A stretch of 64,000 nt of DNA from Diplonema japonicum (GCA_964019335.1 OZ025648.1:682001-746000), one strand, 5' to 3'. Shown: positions 35,278 through 48,171, counted from the first letter of the stretch. The notes: generated by a model from the sequence alone, not told the origin. Program-made: numbers and translations.

Positions 35278-38227
35278 ATGGAAGCCTCGGATTTCAGCGA
35301 GGTAGCCGATGTTACAAACTCAACCGCTTTCTTGTCGTTAAACAGCTTGTTGGAGGAAGGGTTGGTGAGCCAAGAACGGGCGGTCTCGCTGCAGGATCAC
35401 TACAAGCAGCTCCATGACAAGATACTTGAAATATATGCGAACGACGGGTACCTCCTGAAGAAGGGACGGCAGCTGAAGAAAGCTTTGGAAGCTGAAAAGC
35501 AAAAAGTTGAAAAATGCGGAGAAGTCGCACGAGAAGACGACCATACCATCCAGCTCCTCAAAAAAGAACTAGCTTCTGCGGAAACCGACCTCGCTGTTGC
35601 CCAAGAACGGGAATCTATGCAACAAGTTGAAACCATAGAACTCGAACGGAAAAAACTCTCGCTTCAAGAGGAGGTCGATACCACCATCGCCGAGGAAGAG
35701 TCCCGCATGAAGCCCCAAATGGAACAGGTTATGAAGGGCATCACGTTGCTAAGAGAAGAAATCGAACAGATCACCGACCAGTTCACAAACTTCAAACAGC
35801 TCAGAGAGGAAGCCATCAAAAAGGACAAACAGGTGAAACAAGAAATGGACGTCAACGACAGAACCCTCTACGAAAAGAAATTAGAGCTCACCAAGCTCAC
35901 CAGCGAACCAGACCGTGCAGGAAAACAAGCCGACATCGTCCACAAGGCTCACCAAACTGCTGGGAAGGAAAACCAAGCCCTCAAAGAACGCCTTCACTCA
36001 CAGTCTGCTCTCATCCAGGAACTTGACGAAAAACGGAAGTACATGGAAGATCAACGGTACGACCTTGCAGTTATGCTCGAGACGCAACGAACCGCCATCG
36101 AGCAACGCGACAAGTTAATGGACAACATCGAAGCCCACCTCGAAGCAGCTAGAGCAGAGGGCATGCAACACGTTTCTCAACAAATGTATCTTGAAAGCGA
36201 GCTTCGAAATAAGCAGCTCCAGTCTAACTCCCTCAAGGAACAAATCGCAAAACTGAGCAAAGAGAAAGACCAAGGACTTCGCCTATGCAAACGGATAGAA
36301 CAAACGAAAAACGAGCTGGCCAACGAACGGGAGATACAAAAGAAACAAAAGGACATCCTGCAAAGGGAATGCCACCACATCAAAGTAGTTAGAAATAAGT
36401 GGAGCGACGAACTTGAAGAACTAAAGCGTGACGTCGACATACTAATCAACAACTACCTGAAGGAGGAGATGGTCGAGAAGCAAGCTGGACGCGACCTGCA
36501 AAAACTAAACAAACACATCAAGTCACTGGACGTGGAAGTAGCTGCCATGCATGAAAAGGAGATCGAGTTAAACAGGAAGGCAGCAGACCTTGGAATCCTT
36601 CGGGAAAACAAAAGTAGAGACAGTTCCAAGAACCAAGCAAAGGTCACCGCTGCAAAGGACGAGCTTAAAGTAAAGGTCGTTGTCATCAAAGAGCTGCAGA
36701 AGCGCAATGTTGAACTCAAAACACGGCTCGACCAACTCACAGAAATGTACTCCGTCGTGAAGCGAGAACGGTCCAACAAAGCAGCCATGATACAGTCCGC
36801 ATCACAGGCAATGTCAGAAACACAAGAAAAAATCAAGATTCTTGAGAACGAACTTGAGGTGCTCCGGAGAGAGTCGCACAACAAGGACAAGGAGCTTATC
36901 AAAGTAAAACGTGAATTACACGACGAAAAGACAAACTGCGAGAACCTCCGAGTGGAGAGCAACAAGAAGAGCAACGAGTACAAACAGAAAAAGAAACAGA
37001 TCCAAGAACAATGTTCACAGATCACAAAACTAAACACTGTGATCAACCTGACAGAGGAGGAGATGCTCATGTTGAAGCGGAAGTACGAGGAAGCTGTCGA
37101 GAACAGGAACTTCACAGGCATCCAACTCATCGACAGGAACGACGAGCTGTGCATCTTGTATGAGAAGGCGAACATACAAGAAAACATCCTGAAGAAGGGG
37201 CAGATGATGTTGAAGCAGCGTGAAGAAGATATCCGTGCCATGGCAATACAGCTGGCGGACCTGCAGCGTGAAATCGACATCTGTCAGAAGCTGCTGCCCA
37301 AGGTGCGCGATTTGGAAGAAGACGTAGAACAGCTCACCAACCTCATCAGCGACGAACAATGGCGCAGTGAATGCCTCGAAAGGGCCATCGTGTCACCAAA
37401 GAACCAAGCACGCTGGAGAAAACTGTCATCTGTTGCAACAGGGAAGAAAAAGGTGTACATAACACCAGCAGGATCGATGGCACCAAAACCTGAACAGACA
37501 CGCGAGGAGCGCACAATGGGCACCACTGCTGCAGATGTGAAAACACGGTCACAGACAGGCGAAGCACCAGACGAGCTTGCTGCCAAGGAGCAGCAGTTGG
37601 AAAACAAACTAGCAGAGGTAAACGAGAGGCTCATGGAGAAAGATCTCATCCTAGAAGAGGTGACGGAGCTGTCGTCAAGGCTGAGGAAGCAGGCGACGAA
37701 CGGGAAGGACTACACGCTGGCACTTGCCAAGAAGATGAACAACTACCAGCACACGATCAAGATGCGGACAAAGAAGATGATGGCAACCCTGTCGGAGCTG
37801 TCGATGGTTCAGGTATGAAGGACATCACATGTTTAACTCCACACACTAACTTCAGGCGACGAGCATCAAACTTGAGATGGATGTGAACCAGGAGAAGGAG
37901 CAACTGGAGGCGGCGCACGAAAGGATCGAGTTGGGTCTGCCGCCCACGGAAACCATCGTTGCCGAGTATGACAGAACAACCTATGAGAGGAAGAGACGCC
38001 ATGAGATGCTCCGCTCGCAGAAGGAGGCCCTGGCCACCGTCGCCTCGCAGCCAGCCGTCGTCACCCGCACCACTGCAGAGCAGCGTCCCAACGCTTACAT
38101 CCCCGATGGGGACCTCCTCATCCCTAAGCCATATGGCGCCCACCCGCCCCTCAAGCCCACCACAGAGAACAACAACATTTACAGATTCTACAAGCGCCCC
38201 AAGGTGGAGGAAATTAAATTCGACTAG
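35278..38227 (+). CDS. CCDC146: Axonemal coiled-coil protein CCDC146/MBO2; intron 37813-37855
   Basis: Motifs GIQLIDRNDELCILYEKAN, KMMATLSELSM and RTTAEQRPNAYIPD...PKPYGA. The 43-nt intron contains a CTAAC branch site. Confidence 0.88.
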
Positions 38228-38432
38228 TTTTGTGTCCATTTCCTTGCCTTACCCCTGCCCATCAGTGCCATACGTATTTGTTCAGGAATAAGAAAACCAG
38301 GCGGAATACTCGAGATGTGAATAAAGAAATACCCCCCCCCCCCCATCGTTACATATTACCCCACCTTACTCATTTGCTACCTTTTTGTTGCGTCAGTTAT
38401 AAGTACACAACTTCTCAGGGAACGGATTAACA

Positions 38433-39668
38433 ATGGGTTTCAAGTTATGGCTAGCCGTGTGTATGCTGTGTTCCGGTTGCGTTAGCGCGCAAGAGGCGGA
38501 GCTAAAGGCAAAACTGCAGGAAATGCTGAACGGGCTGGCTGAAAAGAGGCCGTACAAGATGCAGCTAGGCTGGAAGGGGGCAGGAATGGAGTTCAGCCTT
38601 GCTGCTGGAGGGTGCAGTGTGGAGGACACATTTCTGTCTGGGAGTGGGACGAAGCCGTTCACGGCAACTGCAGTAATTAAGCTTGCTGAAGCTGGGAAGC
38701 TGAGTCTCGATGACAAGGCACACATCCACCTGGACCCGGTGTTGCAGGCATTGAACCACACGACCCTGGAGGGACTCTTCGGACCGAACTCTACTTTCGT
38801 GACTGTCAGGCACATCCTCGCCATGCAGAGCGGCATCCAAGACTTCGACTTCCCGCAGTTCGACAGCACCGTCCTCGCCAACGGCAATGCTGTGCACTCG
38901 CCCGTTGAGTTCGTGGTGCAAGCTTCTCAGCAGACCCCCAAGATGCTCTGCTTCCCGGGTGACTGCGTTGTGTACAGCTCTACCAACTTCATCCTCGCGG
39001 GGCTCATCCTGCTCGGCAAGTCAGGCACCATGGACTGGACCACTCTCGACCAGAAGGCATACTTCCCCCAAAAGACACAAATTAACGACATGCAGCACTC
39101 CTCTTTTTACACGAACCAACCGCTGCAGCCCAACCTCACCACCCCTGGCATGTCCAAGATGGACAACAACACCATCGTCCCCATCATGACCCAGAACTCG
39201 AGCATCCTTGGCTACACGTGCGGCAATCTTGTGGCACCTAGTTTGGACGTGGCGAGGTTTTTCTGGGACCTTGTGGGTCCGGGGGCAGACATGGTGACCC
39301 CCGCGTACTTGGAACAAATGAAGCAGTTCAAGCCCCTGTCGCAGGGATGGGCCAAGGGGAGGATCCAGTACGGGTTAGGGCTTATGATCCAATCCGTAGC
39401 TTTGAACACCAAGAATCCTCCAACCCTTGACCAGCCTGGGACGTACGTGGGGCACGGGGGGGACACATACGGTTTCTTGTCAGAGCAGGGGTACTATCCC
39501 TACTTGAATGCATCCATCGCCATGGCCTCGAACCAGGACTATGAGGGCTACTTTGTGCAGTTGATCATGGCCTGCAGGACTGTTAACATTGCGTCGGAGG
39601 TGCTCTACGGCAAACCAGCTGGCTTGCGCTGTTTCCCCCTCCCCCCTACCCCCAACAACGTGGTTTAG
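38433..39668 (+). CDS. Secreted serine hydrolase, beta-lactamase class C/D-Ala-D-Ala peptidase fold
   Basis: Signal peptide, SxxK (SGTK), YSSTN, and GHGG motif. Confidence 0.85.
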   Translation: MGFKLWLAVCMLCSGCVSAQEAELKAKLQEMLNGLAEKRPYKMQLGWKGAGMEFSLAAGGCSVEDTFLSGSGTKPFTATAVIKLAEAGKLSLDDKAHIHLDPVLQALNHTTLEGLFGPNSTFVTVRHILAMQSGIQDFDFPQFDSTVLANGNAVHSPVEFVVQASQQTPKMLCFPGDCVVYSSTNFILAGLILLGKSGTMDWTTLDQKAYFPQKTQINDMQHSSFYTNQPLQPNLTTPGMSKMDNNTIVPIMTQNSSILGYTCGNLVAPSLDVARFFWDLVGPGADMVTPAYLEQMKQFKPLSQGWAKGRIQYGLGLMIQSVALNTKNPPTLDQPGTYVGHGGDTYGFLSEQGYYPYLNASIAMASNQDYEGYFVQLIMACRTVNIASEVLYGKPAGLRCFPLPPTPNNVV

Positions 39669-39755
39669 TTACTGGACCGTCACAAGGTCGAGGCTAGTTA
39701 CCGGGAATCATTGCCTACTCTTATTTAAACCCGCCTTTAGCCCTGCAGGTAGCAG

Positions 39756-40214
39756 ATGTCGGTTGGCGAGTGCTACCGCATGGAGGCGCTGAGGACACCC
39801 ACGAGCAGGCTGTGCAAGGAGAAGGAAGAGGTGCGGGCGATGATGCATGAGAAGGAAGAAGAAATGAACAGGTTGGCACAGCTGAACGAGAGCCTAGAGG
39901 GGTTGATAGACACGGTAAGCGAGGGGAAATACCCCGCTGTGGTGGGTGAGGCCAAACCCGTACAGTTCCTACACCCCGACATGAAGTGCGAGGTGGTCCT
40001 CGACCTGCCCGCCACGCTGATCGAGTCGCCTTCGTCGGCACTGTTGGAACCGCGCAAGGAAAGCAGTACACCTTCCTGTAAACCTCTACTAACGTTGCTA
40101 GCAGAGCAGGAAGCACTACGCGCCACGGCAGAGAAGATGCTCCCGAAGTACGACGCGCTACTGGGAGACGCGCTTGCATGGCAGGAATCGTGCAGAGACG
40201 GGTTCGGGTTATGA
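39756..40214 (+). CDS. Hypothetical coiled-coil protein (152 aa)
   Basis: Coding-composition ORF after a CAG. Confidence 0.6.
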   Translation: MSVGECYRMEALRTPTSRLCKEKEEVRAMMHEKEEEMNRLAQLNESLEGLIDTVSEGKYPAVVGEAKPVQFLHPDMKCEVVLDLPATLIESPSSALLEPRKESSTPSCKPLLTLLAEQEALRATAEKMLPKYDALLGDALAWQESCRDGFGL

Positions 40215-40527
40215 ACAAGCATTTCTTTTTGCTGGGCAAGGTCACTCGGTAGAATCTTCGGCGTTTTGGACAGGGCGCACCTAAAAAGTAGGATCCTCTG
40301 CCACTCTTCGCATCTTCCCGAATGCCGCCCACCCCATCCTAGAGGAGCAACTGCGAACACATTGCATCGGACTCAACACTAGTTGCTTGTCGTTAGGCGA
40401 TGTGTCACATGCTGCAGGCTCCCTTCAAAGACATCTTTTTTTTCTCTCTCCGTTTCTTCTTTTTACCAAGAGGGGGACACCAGCTAACTCTATTATCCCC
40501 TTTACCCAAAGCCACCAGGAGAGGAAG

Positions 40528-40782
40528 ATGGAGATAACCGTGAACCACGTGCACTCCGTGGCAACGTGGTCGTGGGAGCAGCAAGACGAGCCGTGCGGGA
40601 TATGCAGAGTGGCCTTCGAATCGTGCTGCCCGAGCTGTAAGTACCCTGGCGATGACTGTCCGTTGGTGACGGGTGTGTGCAACCACTCCTTTCATATGCA
40701 TTGTATTTTAAAATGGGTGGAGCAGCAGCCGCAGAGGCCGCAGTGCCCGTTGTGTAGAAGAGACTGGGAGTTTAGATCGTAG
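40528..40782 (+). CDS. ANAPC11: Anaphase-promoting complex subunit 11 (RING-H2)
   Basis: VATWSW...CGICRVAFESCCPSCKYPGDDCPLVTGVCNHSFHMHCILKW...CPLCRRDW. Confidence 0.93.
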   Translation: MEITVNHVHSVATWSWEQQDEPCGICRVAFESCCPSCKYPGDDCPLVTGVCNHSFHMHCILKWVEQQPQRPQCPLCRRDWEFRS

Positions 40783-40873
40783 ATTTTATTTCTTATCTTT
40801 CTCTCCCCCTCCCATACAAAAAAAAAAAGGGATAGGGTTGGCAAAAAAAAAAAAAAAAAAACGACAAAAAAAA

Positions 40874-41404
40874 ATGGTTGAAGGAAACGAAAGCCCTCGT
40901 GTGAGCAGGAGGGCAAGGAGTGACACATTGAGGAATTTTGTAAACAACGTATTCGATGACGACGAACCGGTTGCTGTGCTGGGGGGTGATGATGTTGAGA
41001 GCGAGCTGTTGTCGAGCAGCATGGTGCTGACAGGAAGCCCGACAACCACGGTGGAGGAGGGCAGGCTGAGAGGGGTGTCTACTTTCTCATCCTTCAGCAA
41101 CACAACAGAAACACGTCCAAGGGGCCTCTCCAACAGCATTGTTGTCACCGATGAAGGAGTCGAAAGCATGGTTAAGTGGGCGGGTGACATCTTCTCAACA
41201 GATGGGGAGCAACAACAACACCAACGACAGCAACATGATGAGACACCTGAAATGCAAGAGAAGGCAAAGGGCTTTTGCCTCCTTCCCGAACAGGAACAAG
41301 TTGAGACGCCAGAGATGCTCTCTAAGAGGGTATCAAGCGCACTTGCATCCGTCAAAGCTGCAAGGCTCGAAAAGAAGCGACAAAAGAGCATTCTCATTCC
41401 TTGA
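40874..41404 (+). CDS. Hypothetical low-complexity protein
   Basis: Coding-composition ORF between homopolymer tracts. Confidence 0.55.
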   Translation: MVEGNESPRVSRRARSDTLRNFVNNVFDDDEPVAVLGGDDVESELLSSSMVLTGSPTTTVEEGRLRGVSTFSSFSNTTETRPRGLSNSIVVTDEGVESMVKWAGDIFSTDGEQQQHQRQQHDETPEMQEKAKGFCLLPEQEQVETPEMLSKRVSSALASVKAARLEKKRQKSILIP

Positions 41405-41804
41405 GAGGATCATTGAAAATGGTCTCTATGTTTGTTCGGTTTTTTCTTCTTAGGTTTCTTTATGTTTTTTTATTTTTTTTTTTTTTTCCCCTTCGAGTTC
41501 ACTTTTTTTTTTTGTTTCCAGTAATTTAAACCAACTTCATCTTCTAGAAGTAGAAGGGGTGGTGGTTTTGTCCTAGCATATCCCCCCCCCCCCCCCCCCC
41601 CTTCCATCAAACTTTTTTTTCTCTGCGTTAAAATTTAAAAAAAAAGGGGGTAAAAAATGGCCTCTTCGTTATTGCAAGGAGGAGTATAGAGAAGGAAGCC
41701 ATGTTTTGTTTGCAAAATACCCTGGAATGGGACTTCCTTCCCTGCTGAGTTTCATGGTGGCATCTCATGGTTTTTTTTTTTTTTCTCTCTTCTTTTTTTC
41801 TCTT

Positions 41805-41970
41805 TGCATGAACAAGAAGGGGAAGAAAAAAAAAAACGGTAATAAATGGAATTGTTATTGTTAAGAAAGAGTCGAGGCAGCTTTGTCGGCTTTTTTTAGC
41901 CTTCTGCAGGGTAAAAAGAAGAAGGGGAAAAAAAAATTTTTTTTTTGACTGTTGCACAAATCGCAAACTC
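41805..41970 (+). repeat. Dispersed short element family D, copy 1 (degenerate)
   Basis: Shares TGCATGAACAAGAA, GAATTGTTATTG..AAAGAGT.GAGGCAGCTT and GCACAAA with the copies at 48354 and 56691. T-tracts on both sides. Confidence 0.6.
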
Positions 41971-42051
41971 TTTTTTTTGTGTTCCTTCCTTTTCTTTTGC
42001 TCTCCTTTTGCGGCTTAACAAAATAATGAACATGTGTTCAATGTTGTTTTC

Positions 42052-42084
<33 letters not shown>

Positions 42085-44346
42085 AACAAAAAAATGGGGG
42101 GCTTGTAGACAAATGAGTTGCCTCTTATCCTCTAGTCGCAATTTTTTGTTGCATAATTTAGTGAAGTTGCGGATTTTTCTTTAATTTGTTGAAATCTTGC
42201 TGTTTCCCCCCCCCCTTTTTTTTTCCCCATTTTTTCATCCTTTCACTTTTTTATCAATGATCAACTGCGAGAATGAAAGAAAAAAAAGAAAGAAAAAAAA
42301 AAGAAAATGAAGAAAATAAATAAGAAGTACTGTGTCAGAATTTCTTCTTTCTTCTTTTTTAATCTTTTTTCTCCCTCCCCATGCTCTCCCTATTGCCACT
42401 GCTTCGTTCACGAAAAGAAGGGGAGGGTTTTTTTTTTTTATTTTTGCCCGAGGAGGACAAAAAAGAGAGAAAAAAGAAAAGGAGACATCTTATCTGATTT
42501 TCCCATTATCTTACCAAACACGCGTGCAGGAAAATAAAAATATTCTTGTGAAGTGCAATGAACTTCTTTCTTTCTTTCTTTCTTTAATGCAGGGAGGGAG
42601 GGGGTAAAAAAGAGTTAAATTATACCTCATTTTGTCATGAAGAAAATGACAAAATACAACCCCCCCCCCCCTTCCTTTTAACGAGTATTTCTATCCCCCC
42701 CCTCTTTTTATCCCTCTCTCGAAGTGAGAAGTGGTGCAATTCAACATAGTTATTATTATTTCTATTTTTTTCTCTTTTATTTTCTTTTATACACTCTCTC
42801 TCCCCCTATTGCTAACACATGCTCCCTATTTTTCTTTTCTTTTCTTTTTTTTTTTTTTAGAGACAAAAAAAAAAGGCAAATGATCAAATTAAAAAAAAAA
42901 AACAAAAAAGATTTTGTACATATAGTATATATGTCAATGGTCTGGGTCACTTCTTCATATGGTTTGGTATGCCGTGGAGGCTCACTTTGTGACACACATT
43001 TTGGTGCCTCATCCGAGTTGTCTGTGAGCAGAAGCCATATCGTGTGAGAAAGATTGTGCCCGCACCTGGCACCGAGAGGCTGTTGTATTTTTTAAAGGGT
43101 GATTGAAAAAGTTTCACAAAAAGATATTTTTTTGGGTCTTTAAAAAAAAAAAAAAAAGAAACACCTCCCCAAGGTTGGCACACTTCCCCCCTCTGGAAAA
43201 TATTTTCAAAAAAAAAACAAGTACATTTTTATCCCCCTCCCCGAGTTATCTTACCTTTTCACCATTTTTTTTTTTCCTTTTTAGAACGAATTACAAAAAA
43301 AAAATAAAAAAAAGAACTGGGTTAAAAAAAAAATAGAGAAAAAAAGAGGGAGAGGAGGTGCTATTTTGATTTGTATTTAACTAGTACTGCTCAGTTCTTG
43401 TATGGGGCAAAAAAAAAAGGGGAAAAAAAAAAAGAAAGAAAAAAAAAAAAGAGAGAGCAGTGTGCAGCATGCAGTATTTATCCCAGGATTTATACCTGTG
43501 CGCACAAACAAATGTCTAAAAACCGACTCTCTTTTTCTCTTCTTATCTTTTTTTCTCTCTGATAAGAGCTGCATGCTGTTTCTGCCTACTAGCCTGATTA
43601 TGATTCTTTGCATGGTTAACCACTATTGTTGGTGTGCATTCTTGAGTCTGAACCATGAACAGAAACTTGCTGTTGCAGTTATCAATAACGATACTCTAAG
43701 TTGGCGGTTCCTATTTTCTTTCTTGTGCCCGCAGTGCAACCAAGTGAATAACTTACTTTTTTTTTTTTTTTTTTTTTTTTTTCAAAAAAAAAAAGAGAGA
43801 AAACAAAAACGTAGAGGAAGAGATTTTTGTCATCATTTATGTAATATCTTACCTCTTTCTTTTCTTTCTTTCTTTTTTTTGGGGGGGAAATAATAATAAT
43901 AGGCCGTGTGTGCGCATATCATGAAAAACAACACTGCTTGCAACTATTTCATCTCTTCTCTTCTCTCTCTCTCTCTCTCCCAACTTTTAACCCCATGATC
44001 CATCCCCCTCAATCATTGTGGGTTCTTCACCCCCCCCCCCCCCCCCCGCACAAAAAAAGGAACTACTATGTGTTACGAAAAAATCTTTTTGTTCTCCAAT
44101 GTACTCTTTGACAATGCTGCCATGGGGAGGTTTTTTCTTCTTTTTATTTTTTTTATTTACTTTGTCAGTCTGATCCCACTTTTGTGTGTAATTCCCTCCC
44201 CTCCATTGTCTTAACACCACTTTGCAAGAAAGAACCCCCCCCCCCCCCCCCTCCCCCCCTTCAAGTTTAGTCTATTTTTCTTTTTTTTATCCCCTCCCTC
44301 CCCATGTCATGACACAGACCACCCTTCACACTTCAATGACCTAAAG

Positions 44347-44976
44347 ATGACGACGATGTCAATACGTGGTTTTCTTTTAAGGAAGCAGCAATGGGGAGTG
44401 CGATACTTTGGCAGCAAAGCGGGCAAGCGGGAGAAAGGGTTAGGAATGTACAAAGCCCCAAGAGGCGTCGGGGAAAGGAACGAGGACAGGCCCGCAGTGC
44501 TAAGGGGCTCGGCATTGGGGAAGAACGAGGAAGCGTCATTCGTGCATGGGACAAGGGGTTTAAGGTTTTACACAAAAGAAGAAAAAAAAAAACCTCCACA
44601 GGATCTTGGCCTTATTTCTTGGCAGTTGGACACTACTGTACATCTTGGTGCAGGCCGTGCTGCTATACACGCCGGTGTATAAATATCTTCCACAGGTTTT
44701 GTTTTGTTTATTTAAAAAAAAAAAAAAATCCAAAACCAGGTCTCCACGCGCGAGGCTCTAAACGACGACTTCCAACGTGGGACAGTACAGTGGTGGCGGG
44801 ACAAGCTCGTCAACGAGCATGCAGAAAACGAGGCCGCGGCCATACGGAAGGACCCTCTGCCGCACCCCGAGACGCAGGCACTATACGAAAAATTCAACGA
44901 TTTCGACAAACCAGCCGACGTTTCGGAAATCATGAACAGCAAGAAGGTGGAAGATGTTGGCTGGAAGATTTTTTAG
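44347..44976 (+). CDS. Probable mitochondrial single-TM protein; exons 44347-44564, 44602-44695, 44740-44976
   Basis: Arg-rich presequence-like N-terminus. Two GTTTT-donor introns (37 and 44 nt) give one frame with TM RILALFLGSWTLLYILVQAVLLY, ending VGWKIF*. Confidence 0.6.
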
Positions 44977-45048
44977 TTTTTCTTTCGTTCCTTTTTTTTT
45001 TTTTTTTTTTTGGTCTTCTTTTCCCCCCACTTTTCCGTTAGGTCGTGT

Positions 45049-45627
45049 ATGCAGACCGGGCACCTGCCCCCCGACTACCACCCACACCATGCCATCGTGG
45101 ACTCGAACACAAAGGTCTTTTTCGAGATAAAAATAGGCGGTGCCCTCGAGCCGAAATGGCTCATCATGGAACTATTCGACGATACGTGTCCTAAAACAGC
45201 AGAGAATTTCCGTGCCCTATGCACAGGAGAGCGTGGGATGGGTCTGAACGGAAGACTGTTGAGCTACAAGGGAAGCACCTTCCACCGCATCGTGGAAGGC
45301 TTCATGTCTCAAGGCGGAGACTTCACAAAAGGCAATGGAACAGGTGGTGAAAGCATATACGGGACACTCTTCCCGGACGAATGCTTCCGAGGCAAGGCAG
45401 GCTCGCACATTGGGCCGGGTATCATCAGCATGGCCAACGGAGGACCGCACACAAACAGCTCGCAGTTCTTCATCATCACCAACGCCACGCACCACTTAGA
45501 CCGCAAGCATGTTGTTTTCGGTCAGGTTATCGAAGGCTTTGAGACGCTGCACGCCATAAGCAAGTGCGGGGCAGCCTCAGGTGTCCCTAAGAAGTTCGTC
45601 GTCATCTCTGACTGCGGTCAGCTCTAG
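45049..45627 (+). CDS. Cyclophilin-type peptidyl-prolyl isomerase
   Basis: [41 protein letters not shown], and HVVFGQV. Confidence 0.95.
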   Translation: MQTGHLPPDYHPHHAIVDSNTKVFFEIKIGGALEPKWLIMELFDDTCPKTAENFRALCTGERGMGLNGRLLSYKGSTFHRIVEGFMSQGGDFTKGNGTGGESIYGTLFPDECFRGKAGSHIGPGIISMANGGPHTNSSQFFIITNATHHLDRKHVVFGQVIEGFETLHAISKCGAASGVPKKFVVISDCGQL

Positions 45628-45734
45628 AGTCGCTTCTGCGGCTGTCTTTTTGTTTTGTTTATAATACCACTTTAGAGTGTCTTGATACTTATGTGTACTT
45701 ATGCAGGAGCAGATGTCTTGATGCCGACCGTCTC

Positions 45735-47406
45735 ATGTCTGTTGACACCCCTGAGCCTTCCCCCTCCCTGCGGCCATGGGCTCGCACCTTCTCGACGGAA
45801 AGCATCGCGACGTTAGTCTGCGTCGATGAGCCGACGATAGCATTGGAGGCAATCCTCTTTGCGGAGTTCGACAACGTGCACGGCCCTGTGATCGCGCACC
45901 AATGGCCGCTTGACTTCATCCCGCAGGGCGACTGCGCTCGCGACAGGATGGAGACCGCCCAGGACCTGGGCCTGTACGGGACATACCTCATCCCGCACGA
46001 GGCCCTCTCTGGACATATCAGCACGTGGACACATGGACTGCACACCTTTTTGTCGTACCCAACAACCTTCCAGGACCCGAAGTACTTCAGGAACGTGTAC
46101 AGGAGCAACCTGATCTTCGTGTTCCCCTCCACAGGGTCCGACCACGTGGCATACCACAGTGTGATACGCCGTGTCTCGCAGGCATTCCAGATGTTGGAGC
46201 GCGATTTCGAGTGGGTCAGCAGGCAGTCGCGGACGGCTACGTTGGCGCCTAAGACGCGGGACCCGCCAGACATGCCGACGCCCAACAAGGAGGTGAAGCG
46301 TGACGAAGAGGGGCTGGGCTCGTCCACTAGTTACGAGGACATGATGGCCGTGGACGAGGAGCCGCGTGGTGTGGTTGACATGTTGTCCATCACAGACGTG
46401 CTGCAGCTGCTGGTCGACGGGCTCAACGAGCGCAACGAGGTGGTGATCCCCTTCGACAAGAACGGTGTCATCCTCACCTTCAAGGTCTTTGCGCGCATCC
46501 CCGACCCCGTGGAGGTCAACACGTGGGATGTGCCCATCCTGCTGCACAAGCCCAGCCAAGACGAGATCTCCGACTGGGACTTGTCCCTGCAGATGATCGT
46601 TCCTATCCTCTCAGACCAGAGGTTTGGCAACAGAACTGTCGCTGTCATCGCCCACGCGCTTAGCATGAGCCCTGCAACCTGCTGCTTCGCTGTCAGGCAC
46701 CTTGTTTACTTCGGCTATGTGCGCACCATCGACATCTTCCAGTACAGCAACTACTACACCCTCGTCCCTCACTCCTTCGCGGTGTTGGCCTCTGGCACTG
46801 TTGACAGCTACGCGTTGCGCTTTGTCAGCTGCGACGCCAGCGACCCTGTGTCGCAGGTTTCGCTTACCAACTTCTACCAAAGCTTCGGGATGAACCCTTT
46901 GCACAACCCTGTGTACCACCGTCACGGGGCGCACTGCGACACGACGAGGAGCTCGGGGTACAAACGGGTGCAGGAAGTGCTGCAGTACCTTGACGACGGG
47001 ATCCAAGGAGGGCAGGTGGCGGGGAGGGTGGACAGGGCAGAGAGGAGGTTCGAGAGATGGCGCACCGAGTGGAAGACGGACCTCAAGGAACGGCTGTCCG
47101 TGCGGCATGCAAGTATGGCACACCAAACCTTAGATCCTCACAGTTGCGTACGGCGTGCTCTGCGGCTTCCTGAAACGCATCCATGAAGTGCCTGTCTTCG
47201 ATTCTCAAAAAGCAGCCAAGCACCCCAGTGACCGCCGCTGCCTGCAGGAGACAGGGCAGTACAAACCCCTCTACAACATCCTAGCTGGGGCAGAAGGACG
47301 GTGTGTGGACGACATCTGCACCACGCTGACGCAGACCACGGAGAACCACTGGTGCAGAGACGAGGTGATGCAGTTTGCAAACTGCTGTAATATTATACTA
47401 AAGTGA
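45735..47406 (+). CDS. NPRL2: GATOR1 subunit NPRL2/Npr2; intron 47113-47143
   Basis: ILFAEFDNVHGPVIAHQWP, PKYFRN, WDLSLQMIVP, HLVYFG..IDIFQYSNYY. The 31-nt intron joins HA|IAYGVLCGFLKRIHEVP. Confidence 0.88.
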
Positions 47407-47541
47407 ACTGCTGAAGGGAGTGTCGTCTTCTTTTCTCCTTTTTTTTTTTTTTCTTTTTTGATTCTTCTTCTTTTTTTTCTACCACCTACCTAGGATTCTT
47501 CCCTCTTTTTATCATCAAATAATAATAATAAAAAAAAAAAA

Positions 47542-48171
47542 ATGATCGCTGCAAAGCTCTTCATCAAGGCAGGACTGTCGGTGCTTGTGCTGGTGTTTCT
47601 CATTGTGGTGGTTGCGACACCATCTCTGTACGAGGTTACTCAGCAATCTGCAGGCAGGTACCAGAATAGTGCGGCTGCTTGGAAGATAAAGATGGGTGTC
47701 ACAAAGTCGGAAAAAATACAGGGGCAAAGCCTTTGGGAGCACACCGATGACAACTGCAAAACAAAGCCCCTGCATTCTGGGATGCAGGCTGCTGTGTACA
47801 TCAGTCTTGCAAGCGTCATCGTAGCTGTGCTAGCGACTGTGGGGGGTTACTTCACTGGGAACGGTGTGCTGCGTGTTGTCGGGACTGTCTTTGAAGTGAT
47901 CCAGCTTGTTGGCTTGACCCTCTTCGTTGCTGCTGTGATTGTGTATTTCAAGTTGAAGTTCGACTGCGAGTGGGGGAATTATATCTCTACCTCTCAGATC
48001 TCCGACGGTGGCAGCCTCATCTACGGTTTCTACCTGTCGTGTGCCGCCCTTGTTCTGTCCATTGCCTCTGTGGCCATCCGTCCTGGTACCAACCATCAGG
48101 TTCACGATTCTTCGAAAACCGCGAATTTGAACAATGATATGGAGATGAGGCACACAGTCCACACAGTTTGA
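47542..48171 (+). CDS. Amastin-like/claudin-clan tetraspan membrane protein, family A copy 1
   Basis: About 210 aa with four TM segments, TM1 ending VVVATP, and Cys in both extracellular loops. The canonical amastin signature is not intact. Confidence 0.7.
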   Translation: MIAAKLFIKAGLSVLVLVFLIVVVATPSLYEVTQQSAGRYQNSAAAWKIKMGVTKSEKIQGQSLWEHTDDNCKTKPLHSGMQAAVYISLASVIVAVLATVGGYFTGNGVLRVVGTVFEVIQLVGLTLFVAAVIVYFKLKFDCEWGNYISTSQISDGGSLIYGFYLSCAALVLSIASVAIRPGTNHQVHDSSKTANLNNDMEMRHTVHTV

